Shown here: in pieces, positions 30,411 through 40,441 of the stretch | Layout of the letters: the number at the start of each line of letters is the position of its first letter | How positions within the stretch are numbered: the first letter of the stretch is position 1 | Source: Pseudomonadota bacterium | Lineage (GTDB): Bacteria; Desulfobacterota; UBA8473 | Direction: 5' to 3' | Assembly: GCA_043825855.1 (NCBI GenBank) | Contig: JBDRRJ010000021.1 | Location: forward strand, 2,938 to 66,937 | Length of the DNA: 64,000 nt | Translations under genes and position numbers: made by a program | Notes under the pieces: model-generated | What the model was told of the DNA's origin: nothing | Seen by the model: the letters and a program-made list of their open reading frames with translations, nothing else | The model's database searches: none

Positions 30411-31055
30411 ATGAGACAAAAGTATATGCATAGAGCCAAAAGGATTTTAGAAATCTTAGAAAGGGTGCATCTTGATGCACGTTTGGCCCTTGAATTTAAG
30501 ACCCCTTTACAACTCCTTATTGCTACCATACTTGCCGCTCAGTGTACTGATGAAAGGGTTAACCAGGTTACTACGAACCTATTTAAAAAATACCAAGAAG
30601 CAAGGGATTATACAAAAGTCAGCATCGATGAATTAGAAGAAGATATACACTCAACAGGTTTCTATAAAAATAAGGCTAAAAACATTGCAGGATGCTGCAA
30701 AAAAATTGTTGAAGACTTTAATGAGGCAGTCCCTTCAACGCTATCTGAATTATTAAGTCTTCCCGGAGTGGGAAGAAAAACGGCAAACATAGTATTGGCT
30801 AACGCCTTTGAAAGACCTGCTATTGCAGTAGATACCCATGTGCACAGGGTTTCAAATCGTTTAGGGCTGGCGCACTCCAATAATCCTGATAAAGTAGAAA
30901 TGGAGCTATGTAATATTATCCCAGAGGAGAAATGGATTCGGGCTGTCCATCTGCTTACATTTCATGGGAAAAGAATTTGTAAGGCAAAAAAACCATTATG
31001 TGGTCAATGTGCTCTGTTTGAATTATGTAAATGGTCTGATAAGAAGCGATTTTAA
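30411..31055 (+). CDS. nth: endonuclease III
   Basis: AAQCTDERVN, LPGVGRKTAN, VDTHV, C-x6-C-x2-C-x5-C. Confidence 0.97.
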   Translation: MRQKYMHRAKRILEILERVHLDARLALEFKTPLQLLIATILAAQCTDERVNQVTTNLFKKYQEARDYTKVSIDELEEDIHSTGFYKNKAKNIAGCCKKIVEDFNEAVPSTLSELLSLPGVGRKTANIVLANAFERPAIAVDTHVHRVSNRLGLAHSNNPDKVEMELCNIIPEEKWIRAVHLLTFHGKRICKAKKPLCGQCALFELCKWSDKKRF

Positions 31056-31107
31056 AGTAGAACCTTTCAAAATAACACTAAAAATTAAATTTAATAGATA
31101 ATATTTC

Positions 31108-31305
31108 TTAAATTAGAAGTTTGTTTTGTTTGCCCTGTGGTTCTATTTTAAAACCCAAAGATAACGCGCAGTAGCTACATAGATACTCAAACTTATCTCC
31201 TTCAGGTAAAACTATCAGGAGTCTTTTTCTCACTGGTACAGCTACTTTACATTGTGGGCAATAAAGTGAGGTAGCCTCAAGCTGTTTAAAACTGTCACCG
31301 TTCAT
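31108..31305 (-). CDS. small zinc-ribbon-like hypothetical protein
   Basis: LYCPQC...YLCSYC; RBS GGGAGGG. Confidence 0.75.
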   Translation of the reverse strand: MNGDSFKQLEATSLYCPQCKVAVPVRKRLLIVLPEGDKFEYLCSYCALSLGFKIEPQGKQNKLLI

Positions 31306-31688
31306 AAGAGTCCCTCCCTAAAACCCTGAATGTCTGATGGGTATTAGCTTTTTGTGAAGAATACAATTTAATACTCTTTATGTCAATACGTACCAAATCT
31401 GTAAATATCTATGTTGAAGGGCAAATTAAGGTGAAAATAGTTGAAAACATATTATTGTTTACTTATTATTGAGTTATTGATGCTTATAAAGGTTTTGATC
31501 TAAAATTATTTATTTTGTAAATTAGTAAATGGTTTTAGTGCCGTTATATATATGATGTAAGAAAAAAGTTGCTCATTTTTACTTTATAAGTTATTTGAAA
31601 TTAGGTAATCAATTTACTTAGAAATAAAGTAAGAACCTATATTAAGACGTAACTCTGCATTAAAGACACTTTGTCTAAAGGAATAATA

Positions 31689-32282
31689 ATGATATATAAA
31701 ATTGTTAAGATAATGGCTGTTGTTTTCTTTCATTCTTATATCAGGCTTGACATCATAGGATATAAAAATATCCCTAAATTAGGAGGAGTAATCCTTGCTC
31801 CAAATCATATAAGCTATTTAGACCCTCCATTAATAGGTGCGGCAGTAAAGAGAAAAGTGTATTCTATGGCGAAGGAAGAACTATTTAAAAATGTCATTTC
31901 GAGGTTTATTATGACCAGTCTGAAAGCCTTTCCTGTAAGAAGGGGGAAAGTAGATCGAAATGCTCTTAAAAACTCTCTCCAAATATTAAATCAAGGCAAT
32001 GTACTTAATGTATTTCCTGAAGGTACTGTTCCTTTAAATAACAGCAAGGTTAAGGGAAAACCTGGGATAGCTTGGCTAGCCCTAAAGACAAATGTACCGG
32101 TTGTGCCAGTAAAGATAATAGGTTCTGATAAGTTGTTACCTGACGGAAAAATATTCCCGAGGATGGGTAGAGCAAAGATTATCTTCGGGAAACCCATTTT
32201 CTTTGATACTGAAGACAATATATGTAAAAAGGACAAAGGGTTGATAACCGAGAGAATTATGGAAGAAATAAAAAAACTATAA
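31689..32282 (+). CDS. plsC: 1-acyl-sn-glycerol-3-phosphate acyltransferase
   Basis: NHISYLD, FPEGT, VPVVPV. Confidence 0.9.
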   Translation: MIYKIVKIMAVVFFHSYIRLDIIGYKNIPKLGGVILAPNHISYLDPPLIGAAVKRKVYSMAKEELFKNVISRFIMTSLKAFPVRRGKVDRNALKNSLQILNQGNVLNVFPEGTVPLNNSKVKGKPGIAWLALKTNVPVVPVKIIGSDKLLPDGKIFPRMGRAKIIFGKPIFFDTEDNICKKDKGLITERIMEEIKKL

Positions 32283-32341
32283 ATATCATTTCTATAGAGG
32301 AGAGGAAAAGGGTGTAATTTGAGGGGATATTTATTTTAAAA

Positions 32342-32373
32342 GGTCAAGAAAAATAATAATATTTTTCTTGACC
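32342..32373. promoter_or_regulatory. 14-bp perfect inverted repeat overlapping putative -35 of the hdrC operon
   Basis: GGTCAAGAAAAATA-ataa-TATTTTTCTTGACC; the right arm contains TTGACC followed by a TATCCT -10-like hexamer. Confidence 0.5.
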
Positions 32374-32462
32374 CAAAAATGCTCTTTTGTTATCCTTTGC
32401 CGCTATTGTATTAACAAGTCTATATTTAAATTTTATGATCCCAAATAACAGCGAGGTAGCCA

Positions 32463-32870
32463 TTGACTATCGAGATCTCTGATAAAACCTATGATGAAGA
32501 GTTCGTGAAGAAAGTCGAAGACATCAGCGGCGAAAATTTTCACAAATGCATGCAGTGCGGTACATGTTCTGGTGGGTGTCCTATGATTGAACATATGGAT
32601 ATACATCCACACCAGCTTATGATTTTAACACACTTCGGTTTGAAGGACAAAGTTGTCTCTTCAAAAACATCGTGGATCTGTGCAACTTGTAATGCCTGTT
32701 CCGTCCGTTGTCCAAGGGGGATCGAAATAACTAAGGTTATGGAAGCTATCAGACAGCTGACTTTACGAGATAATATCAATTACATTGAACCTTCGGCAAT
32801 ATCTGAAGATATCATTGCTGATCTACCTCAGATTGCTATGGTAAGCTGCTTTAGGAAACATACTTCATGA
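32463..32870 (+). CDS. hdrC: heterodisulfide reductase subunit C-like 4Fe-4S protein
   Basis: CMQCGTCSGGCP, WICATCNACSVRCPRGI. Confidence 0.88.
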   Translation: MTIEISDKTYDEEFVKKVEDISGENFHKCMQCGTCSGGCPMIEHMDIHPHQLMILTHFGLKDKVVSSKTSWICATCNACSVRCPRGIEITKVMEAIRQLTLRDNINYIEPSAISEDIIADLPQIAMVSCFRKHTS

Positions 32871-32880
32871 GAGGATAAAA

Positions 32881-33765
32881 ATGAGGATTAGCTATTACCC
32901 AGGTTGCACATTAAAGACTAAAGCCAAAAATATGGACATTCCAGGAGTAGCTGCTCTGAGGGCATTAGGGGTAGAGCTTGTAGAACTGCCTCGATGGAAT
33001 TGCTGCGGTGCTGTGTTTTCATTAGCAGACGATGATCTCTTACACCTTCTTGCCCCTGTCCGCGATTTGATAAGGGTAGTGGAACAGGGTGATAAAAAAT
33101 TGGTTGTGGCATGTTCCATGTGCTACAATACGTTAGCCCGTGCCAATCTCCTGATGAAAGAGGACAGTGAAAAAAGGTACACAATAAATACTTTTATGGA
33201 AGAAGAGCAAGACTACAATGGCGAAGTAGAAGTAGTCCACCTTTTGAGCTTCTTGCGAGATGAAGTAGGATGGGAAAAGATAAAGGAGCATATAAAAATA
33301 CCTTTAAAAGGATTAAAGGTAGCTCCTTATTACGGTTGTACACTTTTACGCCCCCAGTCAATAGCTATCGAGTTGCCTGAAAAACTTACACTATTTAAAG
33401 ACTTTATCGAGACACTGGGTGCAACAGTAGTAGATTTTCCAGCTTCTAATGATTGTTGTTCTTCCTATCAAATCTTAAGCAACCCAGAATTAGGGATAGA
33501 AGCAGTCTCCAATATACTGGAATCAGCACAGAATTGGGGCGCCGATGCTATTGTAACAAGCTGTCCTCTTTGTGAGTATAACCTTGGAAAACGGCAGGGT
33601 GATGCTTTAAAAAAACATGATAAGCTTAAAGAATTACCTACCTTTTATTTTACACAGCTGTTGGCATTAGCTCTTGGTTTGGCACCTGAAACATGTAAAT
33701 TTGAGTTAAATCACAATGGGGCAACACGCCTACTGGAAAGTAAAAATTTTCTGACTGTGGTTTGA
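32881..33765 (+). CDS. hdrB: heterodisulfide reductase subunit B-like (CCG domains)
   Basis: YYPGC, WNCCG, ACSMC, YYGC, DCCS, SCPLC. Confidence 0.9.
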   Translation: MRISYYPGCTLKTKAKNMDIPGVAALRALGVELVELPRWNCCGAVFSLADDDLLHLLAPVRDLIRVVEQGDKKLVVACSMCYNTLARANLLMKEDSEKRYTINTFMEEEQDYNGEVEVVHLLSFLRDEVGWEKIKEHIKIPLKGLKVAPYYGCTLLRPQSIAIELPEKLTLFKDFIETLGATVVDFPASNDCCSSYQILSNPELGIEAVSNILESAQNWGADAIVTSCPLCEYNLGKRQGDALKKHDKLKELPTFYFTQLLALALGLAPETCKFELNHNGATRLLESKNFLTVV

Positions 33766-33860
33766 GCAATTTTTCAATGTTGCCTTTTTATTTAAGAGAA
33801 CTATTTTCAGCAAACTCTTGAAGAGGTATTAAATATAGAAAATGTGAGGTTGAAATTGTT

Positions 33861-34622
33861 ATGACGGATACAACAAAGGTAGAAAATAAGGAAACTGCTT
33901 CTAACGAGGAATTAATTTCGATCTTTATAATGGGAAAGAAATATGAGGTTCCAAGGAACCTGACTATTATGAAGGCAATGGAATATTCCGGTTACAAGTA
34001 TGTCAGAGGATGCGGTTGTAGGGGTGGAATCTGTGGTGCTTGTGGTACTGTTTACCGAAAGCCAGGAGACTACCATATCTATGTTGGACTGGCCTGCCAA
34101 ACTGTGGTTGAGGATGGTATGTATCTGACCCAGCTCCCCTTCTTTCCGGCTAATAGAGCAACATACAATCTGGAAACCATAGGATCAGACCCTGAAGAAG
34201 TATATAAGAAATACCCTGAATTGTTCCGTTGTGTGGCCTGCAATGCTTGTACAAAGGTATGCCCTATGGATGTCCCGGTCATGGACTATATTGCAGCAAT
34301 CAAACAGGGAGATTTTGAGAAAGCAACAGAACTCTCCTTCGACTGTATCCAGTGCGGGCTCTGTACTGTGCGTTGTATGGGAGAGATGGCTCAATACCAT
34401 ATTGCTCAGATGGTCAGGAGAATTACTGGAAGTAAAATAAAGCCGCAAGCTTCTCATCTTAAGACTATGGTTGATAACATCAAAGGCGGAAGGTATACTA
34501 AAGCTATAGAAGAATTAAAAGGTGTAAGCGAAGATCAATTGCGAAAAGTATACCAAGAAAGAGAAATGGAACCGACAGAGGCACCGGATGATTGGAAACC
34601 TGCCGATGCTACTTATCTGTAA
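33861..34622 (+). CDS. SdhB/FrdB/TfrB-like iron-sulfur subunit
   Basis: CRGGICGAC...LAC (2Fe-2S) plus CVACNACTKVCP and CIQCGLCTVRC. Confidence 0.85.
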   Translation: MTDTTKVENKETASNEELISIFIMGKKYEVPRNLTIMKAMEYSGYKYVRGCGCRGGICGACGTVYRKPGDYHIYVGLACQTVVEDGMYLTQLPFFPANRATYNLETIGSDPEEVYKKYPELFRCVACNACTKVCPMDVPVMDYIAAIKQGDFEKATELSFDCIQCGLCTVRCMGEMAQYHIAQMVRRITGSKIKPQASHLKTMVDNIKGGRYTKAIEELKGVSEDQLRKVYQEREMEPTEAPDDWKPADATYL

Positions 34623-34653
34623 TAAATAAATTGACTGATAGGAAGGTAATAAT

Positions 34654-36324
34654 ATGCCATACTCACAAGAGTTGAAAAAACTGATCAAGGTAGTAGAGAA
34701 AACCAGACCCGAGAGAGTTGCTAAGAAAAAGAATAATGAGGAAGTTCCCTTTCTTTCTTTGGAAGAGCGCAAAAAAATACTAGACTATCATCCCGATTTT
34801 AAAGAAGAAGGACGAAGGGAAATTAAAGTGGGACCCAGCAAGGGTTACCGGATAGCTCATGAAATGGTAGATATGCTTGAAGCGAAAAGCAGAGTTAATC
34901 CTGATCTGGTAGATTTCTCTCAGGTTGATTATGAGACTGATGTTCTTATTATTGGAGGAGGGGGAGCAGGTACCTCAGCAGCCCTGATTACACAAGAACA
35001 AGGAGCTAAAGTAATCATCGCTACCAAACTCCGTCACGGAGATGCAAATACCATGATGGCTGAAGGGGGTATACAGGCTGCAACTAAGGGGTGGAAAGAC
35101 TCACCTTACTATCACTACCTGGATGTTATGGGGGGTGGCCATTTCAAAAATGTACCTGACCTGGTTGATACTCTTGTCACTGAGGCACCGGATGCCATAC
35201 AGTGGATGGAAAAGCATGGATGTAATTTTTCAAAGTTCCAGGATGGAACGTTAAAAACCCTTCATGGAGGCGGTACTTGCAGAAAACGAATGCACTTTGC
35301 TGCTGATATCACCGGCGCTGAAATTATGCGTACTATCCGGGATGAAGCCCGCAACCGGTCACAAGATATAAAAGTAATAGAATTTTCCCCAGCTGTAGAA
35401 CTAATTCTAAACGAAAAAGGTGAATGTTCAGGGGCATTGCTTTACAATATGGAGACAGAGGAATATTTCATAGTAAAGGCAAAGTCAGTAATTATGGCGA
35501 CTGGTGGTAGTGGAAGACTTCATATACAGAATTTCATGACCACAAATCACTACGGAGCTACCGCTGATGGTATCATCATTGCTTACCGAGCAGGGGTCGG
35601 AATCTGCTTTCTCCACACAGTCCAGTATCACCCAACAGGGGTAGTGTTCCCTGAGCAGGCTGAAGGAATTCTGATTACCGAAAAATTTAGGGGTTCTGGA
35701 GCCAATCTGGTCAATATTGACGGGCAGCAGTTTGTAAATGAAAGGGAACCTCGAGATGTTGAAGCAGCTTCCATTATAAAAGAGTGTGTCGAAAGGGGCA
35801 AAGGAGTTCCTGCCCCTACAGGTAAATTTGGAATTTGGTTGGATTCTCCTATGATCGATCTCCTGTCCGGTACAGGTACAGTCGAAAAGGAATTTCCGGG
35901 CAAATTCATTCTATATAAACGTTTTGGAATAGATATTTCAAAGGAACCAATGTTGATTTATCCTACCCTTCATTATCAAAATGGGGGGCTGGAGTTTAAG
36001 AATACCGGTGAGACAACACTACCTGGACTTTTTGTCGCTGGTGAAGTCGGAGGAGGAATCCATGGAGAAAATCGCCTGATGGGTAATTCTCTGTTGGACA
36101 TCCTGGTATTCGGAAGGATTGCAGGGAAAACCGCTGCTCTCTTTGCCAAATCAAGAACAGATATAGGCACCCTTACCCTAGATCACGTCCGTGCTTATAA
36201 CAAGAGTCTTGAAGATGCTGGCATTGAGACGGATCGAGTAGCCCCAATGTTACTCCCAGATTATACATTGCCCCACGTAAAAGAAAGGCAACTTACTGCC
36301 TGTTATTTAGGGACGTTGCGCTGA
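34654..36324 (+). CDS. fumarate reductase/succinate dehydrogenase-family flavoprotein (TfrA-like)
   Basis: IIGGGGAG, ANTMMAEGG, QYHPT, TEKFRG, EPRD, HYQNGG, HGENRLMGNSL. Confidence 0.88.
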   Translation: MPYSQELKKLIKVVEKTRPERVAKKKNNEEVPFLSLEERKKILDYHPDFKEEGRREIKVGPSKGYRIAHEMVDMLEAKSRVNPDLVDFSQVDYETDVLIIGGGGAGTSAALITQEQGAKVIIATKLRHGDANTMMAEGGIQAATKGWKDSPYYHYLDVMGGGHFKNVPDLVDTLVTEAPDAIQWMEKHGCNFSKFQDGTLKTLHGGGTCRKRMHFAADITGAEIMRTIRDEARNRSQDIKVIEFSPAVELILNEKGECSGALLYNMETEEYFIVKAKSVIMATGGSGRLHIQNFMTTNHYGATADGIIIAYRAGVGICFLHTVQYHPTGVVFPEQAEGILITEKFRGSGANLVNIDGQQFVNEREPRDVEAASIIKECVERGKGVPAPTGKFGIWLDSPMIDLLSGTGTVEKEFPGKFILYKRFGIDISKEPMLIYPTLHYQNGGLEFKNTGETTLPGLFVAGEVGGGIHGENRLMGNSLLDILVFGRIAGKTAALFAKSRTDIGTLTLDHVRAYNKSLEDAGIETDRVAPMLLPDYTLPHVKERQLTACYLGTLR

Positions 36325-36678
36325 TGAAAGGTTAGAGACTGTTATTTCCTATTCTTCTTCTCGTACAGAAACATTTTCTGATTGTACCTCTTTAAAATGG
36401 ATATATCTACTTGTCTATGATAAGAATGATACCCTCCATCTTGTATTTTATATTTCTTCCTTTTTAAAATCAGCTGTTTAGTTAATATATTCTTAAACTA
36501 AAAGTTTTCTGAATACCCTATAGAACGAATTTTACATTTTTAAATAAGGTTGTTCTGGGGAGCGGAAATTTTTTTATTAATAGCAAAAAAAACTTGACAA
36601 GTTTTATATTTGCTATTAATATATTTTATAAAAGTTCAGTTTATGAATACTATTCATTCTTTTTATAAAAGGGGTATC

Positions 36679-37221
36679 TTGAAGCTAGACTTACACACTC
36701 ATTGTATGGAAGCTTTAGATATGATTAGCCATCCCAGCATTGATTTAGTGGGAGAGATTGTTGAAAGGATTGTTGAACGTGGCTTGGATGGGATAGCCAT
36801 TACAGAACACTATGATGGTGATTTCGGTTTCCGTGTAAAGAAGATAGTAGATGAATATTTCGGAAGTAAGATATTAATAATACCTGGAAGAGAAATAGCT
36901 GTAAAAGAGATGAAGTGGGCAGAAATGGTAGAGTTATTTCTGCCTGACGGTTCTACCTTTAGATTTTTACCACACCCAAGTAGTCCTTACCCCGGGGAAG
37001 AGGGATTTGATTATGATATAAATCTCCTCCATGGTATAGAGATAGCTAATGCTCTTCATGATCGCCAGATAAATAAAAAAAAGGTAGAAGAAATTTCCCA
37101 AAAATACAATCTTATTATGTTGAAGAATAGCGATGCACATACCCTTGAAGATATAGGTTCATTTCATACAGAAATCTCATTGAAAAAACTTTGCTCATTG
37201 ACAAAAGATTCTATTGTTTAA
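36679..37221 (+). CDS. PHP-domain protein
   Basis: DLHTH, AITEH, PGRE, HP, NSDAH; likely TTG start at 36679. Confidence 0.85.
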   Translation: MKLDLHTHCMEALDMISHPSIDLVGEIVERIVERGLDGIAITEHYDGDFGFRVKKIVDEYFGSKILIIPGREIAVKEMKWAEMVELFLPDGSTFRFLPHPSSPYPGEEGFDYDINLLHGIEIANALHDRQINKKKVEEISQKYNLIMLKNSDAHTLEDIGSFHTEISLKKLCSLTKDSIV

Positions 37222-37291
37222 CAATATTTAGGAGTTTTTAATAAACAATTAACCACATACTGGTAGAAGATCCAGTCCTAGGAGGTGTAAA

Positions 37292-38548
37292 ATGACGACT
37301 AAGGTAACTGCCCCGGGGAAAAAGATTTTGCAGAGCACATTGGAAATTAGCAAAGCCATGAGGTCCTATTATGGAGATGTGAAAGAAGCACATAAAGCAG
37401 GGAAACCTATAATCTGGAATTATGGGCTAGTACCACGAGAAATCTATGCTGTCGCAGATGCACCGGTTATCTACCTGGAGCATTTACCTATGCTTCTTGG
37501 TGCTAAACAGCTGTCGGGTCGTTATATCCAGATCGCAGAGCAAGAAGGATTATCGAGAGATGTCTGTGCTTTCCACAGGTGTTTTCTCGGGTGTGCGATA
37601 GCCGAGGAGAGGGATCCATACCTCGAGAAACTCTTCGTTCCACCTGATCTTATTATAGCTACCAATTATCCGTGTCTATCTGAATCGAAATCCTTCCTTT
37701 ACACTGCTGATCAATATAATTGTCCCTATCATTTCCTTGATGTTCCTATAAACACTTGGGGGAAAGATATCCCAGAATATGCTATCAATTATCTTGTAGA
37801 AGAGTTAAAGAAAATGATAGAGTTCTTGGAGGAACACGGTTATAAGGTAGATATGGATAAGCTTAAAGAATCGGTTGCCTTAACTAAAAAGATGATGGGT
37901 CTATGGGAAGAAATAGACGATTGCAGAAAATCGGTCCCCTCTCCCATAAGTGTAATTGATGGGATGACAGCGTCTTATCCTCTAATTCAACTGCCCGGTA
38001 CACAGCAAGGGGTTACTATATTTGAAAATTTGCTTGCAGAACTGAAAGAAAGGGTTGCAAGAAAAGAAGGTGCTATTGAGGACGAGAAGTTGAGACTCAT
38101 GTGGTTTGGAGTCCCACCTCTCTATAATATGGGGCTTTTAAACTATGTGGAGCAGTACGGTGCCGTTGTTGTAAAGAGTACGGTAGAGTATGTTGCTGGT
38201 GGGGGATTTGATTATTCTATACTGGATCCCGAGAAACCCCTTGAAAGCATAGCCCATAAAACCCTAGTTGATATAATCAACCCTACAGCCGGAAACATAG
38301 TAGATTTCCTTGCAAAGGCTGCCAAAGATTATAAGATTGATGGAGTTGTAGGAGTAGTTAAGAGAACCTGCGGGCTTTTGCCTGGATACATGAGGTTGGT
38401 AAAAGATTCTATATATAACGAGTCTGGTATCCCCACAACAATCTTTGATCTGGATGGATTGGACATAAGAGAATATGATGATGCTAACACAAAGGCCAAT
38501 CTTGATTCATTTATTGAAGCCCTGCTGGGCAGTAAAAGGAGGAACTAA
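37292..38548 (+). CDS. benzoyl-CoA reductase/2-hydroxyacyl-CoA dehydratase subunit (BcrB/BzdO-like)
   Basis: SRDVC, PC, DGVV...RTC, DLDGLD; 418 aa. Confidence 0.82.
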   Translation: MTTKVTAPGKKILQSTLEISKAMRSYYGDVKEAHKAGKPIIWNYGLVPREIYAVADAPVIYLEHLPMLLGAKQLSGRYIQIAEQEGLSRDVCAFHRCFLGCAIAEERDPYLEKLFVPPDLIIATNYPCLSESKSFLYTADQYNCPYHFLDVPINTWGKDIPEYAINYLVEELKKMIEFLEEHGYKVDMDKLKESVALTKKMMGLWEEIDDCRKSVPSPISVIDGMTASYPLIQLPGTQQGVTIFENLLAELKERVARKEGAIEDEKLRLMWFGVPPLYNMGLLNYVEQYGAVVVKSTVEYVAGGGFDYSILDPEKPLESIAHKTLVDIINPTAGNIVDFLAKAAKDYKIDGVVGVVKRTCGLLPGYMRLVKDSIYNESGIPTTIFDLDGLDIREYDDANTKANLDSFIEALLGSKRRN

Positions 38549-39655
38549 ATGAGCACTCTGGAGACAATGAAAGAGGTTTTAGATAATCCCAAAAAAATAA
38601 TTGAAGAGTGGAAGAAAGACGGGAAAAAGGTGGTGGGACATAAATGCATGTATGTCCCCGAAGAGATAATAGATGCTGCTGGTATGTTATCCGTCCTTAC
38701 CCTTGGCACCCCTGAACCCATAAAAAAGGCCGATTCCTATTTCCAACCGTGTACCTGTGAGTTTGTAAGAAACCTGTTTGATCTTACCCTAGATAAAAAG
38801 TTAGATTATTTGGACAGCATGGTAATATGTAACACTTGTGATGCGGTACGGCATCTATACAACATGTGGGAAGGCTATGTAGATTCGGTCCCCTGTTATA
38901 TGATTAACAATCCTCAAAAGATGAATGAAGAAGCCGGGTTTAAGTTCTATCGCAATGAACTGGAGAAATTTAAGAAACTCATGGAAGATTTAAGTGGAAA
39001 CAAAATAACAGACGAATCATTGAAGAAATCAATTGATACCTTTGATGAAACCAGAAGACTGCTTAAAGAACTGAGTGACTTAAGAAAGAGGGATATCCCA
39101 GCCATTTCAGGATCTGAATTCTTCAGAACAGCATTGGCCTCCTTTCTGATGCCCAAGGAGAAGGCCAACCCTTTGTTAAGTCAGCTTATTGATGAAGTAA
39201 AAAACAGAGAAATCGAAAATACAGATGGGCCAAGGCTTTTGATTTCGGGAAGCATAATGGATAACTCTAAACTCATCGAAATGGTAGAAGAGATGGGTGG
39301 GATAGTAGTTGCTGAAGATGTATGCCCCTCTACCAGATTCTTCTGGTATACGACGAAACCAAATAATGATCCAATGGATGCTCTTGTAAGGTTTTATGTA
39401 GGTAGAACGCTTTGTGCCTGTATGCATCCTTCAGAGGACAGGTATGACTATCTTCTAGAGCTTATAAGAGAATTTAATGTTGAAGGTTTGATTTATTTCA
39501 ATATAAAGTACTGTCACCCTTTTTCATATGAATCCTCGATTTTTTTGAAAAAATTGGAGAAAGAGGTTCCCGTCACAGTGCTGGAGGTAGATCACAGCCT
39601 TTCAGGGATGGGACAGTTGAAAACCAGAGTCCAGGCTTTTATAGAAATGCTATAA
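38549..39655 (+). CDS. benzoyl-CoA reductase/2-hydroxyacyl-CoA dehydratase subunit (BcrC/BzdN-like)
   Basis: YVPEEIIDAAG, NTCDAVR, KYCHP, QLKTRVQAFIEM. Confidence 0.85.
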   Translation: MSTLETMKEVLDNPKKIIEEWKKDGKKVVGHKCMYVPEEIIDAAGMLSVLTLGTPEPIKKADSYFQPCTCEFVRNLFDLTLDKKLDYLDSMVICNTCDAVRHLYNMWEGYVDSVPCYMINNPQKMNEEAGFKFYRNELEKFKKLMEDLSGNKITDESLKKSIDTFDETRRLLKELSDLRKRDIPAISGSEFFRTALASFLMPKEKANPLLSQLIDEVKNREIENTDGPRLLISGSIMDNSKLIEMVEEMGGIVVAEDVCPSTRFFWYTTKPNNDPMDALVRFYVGRTLCACMHPSEDRYDYLLELIREFNVEGLIYFNIKYCHPFSYESSIFLKKLEKEVPVTVLEVDHSLSGMGQLKTRVQAFIEML

Positions 39656-39666
39656 AGGAGGGAAAT

Positions 39667-40440
39667 ATGATAACAGCAGGGATAGATGTTGGGTCTTTAA
39701 CAACTAAAGTCGTAATCTTGAATCAAGATAAGATTATGGCATATGAGGTTTTGGCTAGTAGTGTTGATATCGAAGGAACTACTCAAAAGGCTATGAATGC
39801 TGTTTTAGAAAAGGCAGACATATCCCTTAAGGATGTTGAATCCATTGCCTGTACCGGAGCCGGAAAGAAAAAGATTCCATATCAATCAAAAGAACTGACA
39901 GAAATAATGTGCGATGCCAAAGGTACTCTCCATCTTTATCCAAAGGTGAATGGTGTTATCGATATCGGAGGAGAACACTGCAGGGCAATAAAGTGCGACA
40001 CAGAAGGAAATGTCATTGATTTTGCATTAAATGACAAATGTGCTTCCGGTACAGGTATCTTTTTAGATGCAATGGCCAAAGCATTACGGGTAAAACCGGA
40101 AGAGATGGGGGAACTCTCCCTTCAAGCAACTGAAGATATTGAAGTCACATCCATGTGCTCAGTCTTTGCTGAATCTGAAGTTGTAACTATGATTCACAAG
40201 AAAGTGTCAAAAAACAATATACTAAGAGGAATTCACAAATCTATAGCTTCGAGGGTTGTTGGACTGGCAAACAGGATTCTTTTGGAAGGTGATGTAGTTA
40301 TCATAGGTGGAATAGCCAAAAACGTTGGTCTTCTTGAAAATTTGGATGAATTGATGAACTCAAACCTGATTGTTCCGGAAAAACCAGAGATTGTTGGTGC
40401 CTTAGGCGCTGCACTGTTGGCCAGAGAAGGGAGGGCTTAA
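39667..40440 (+). CDS. ASKHA-type electron-activating ATPase subunit (BcrD/BzdP-like)
   Basis: GIDVGS, DIGGE, NDKCASGTG, CSVFAESE. Confidence 0.88.
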   Translation: MITAGIDVGSLTTKVVILNQDKIMAYEVLASSVDIEGTTQKAMNAVLEKADISLKDVESIACTGAGKKKIPYQSKELTEIMCDAKGTLHLYPKVNGVIDIGGEHCRAIKCDTEGNVIDFALNDKCASGTGIFLDAMAKALRVKPEEMGELSLQATEDIEVTSMCSVFAESEVVTMIHKKVSKNNILRGIHKSIASRVVGLANRILLEGDVVIIGGIAKNVGLLENLDELMNSNLIVPEKPEIVGALGAALLAREGRA

Positions 40441-40441
40441 A

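Noticed and set aside
32463-36324. Selenocysteine read-through in the TGA-ending Hdr/flavoprotein genes
   Set aside because: Proteins look full-length at their TGA stops, with no plausible coding continuation
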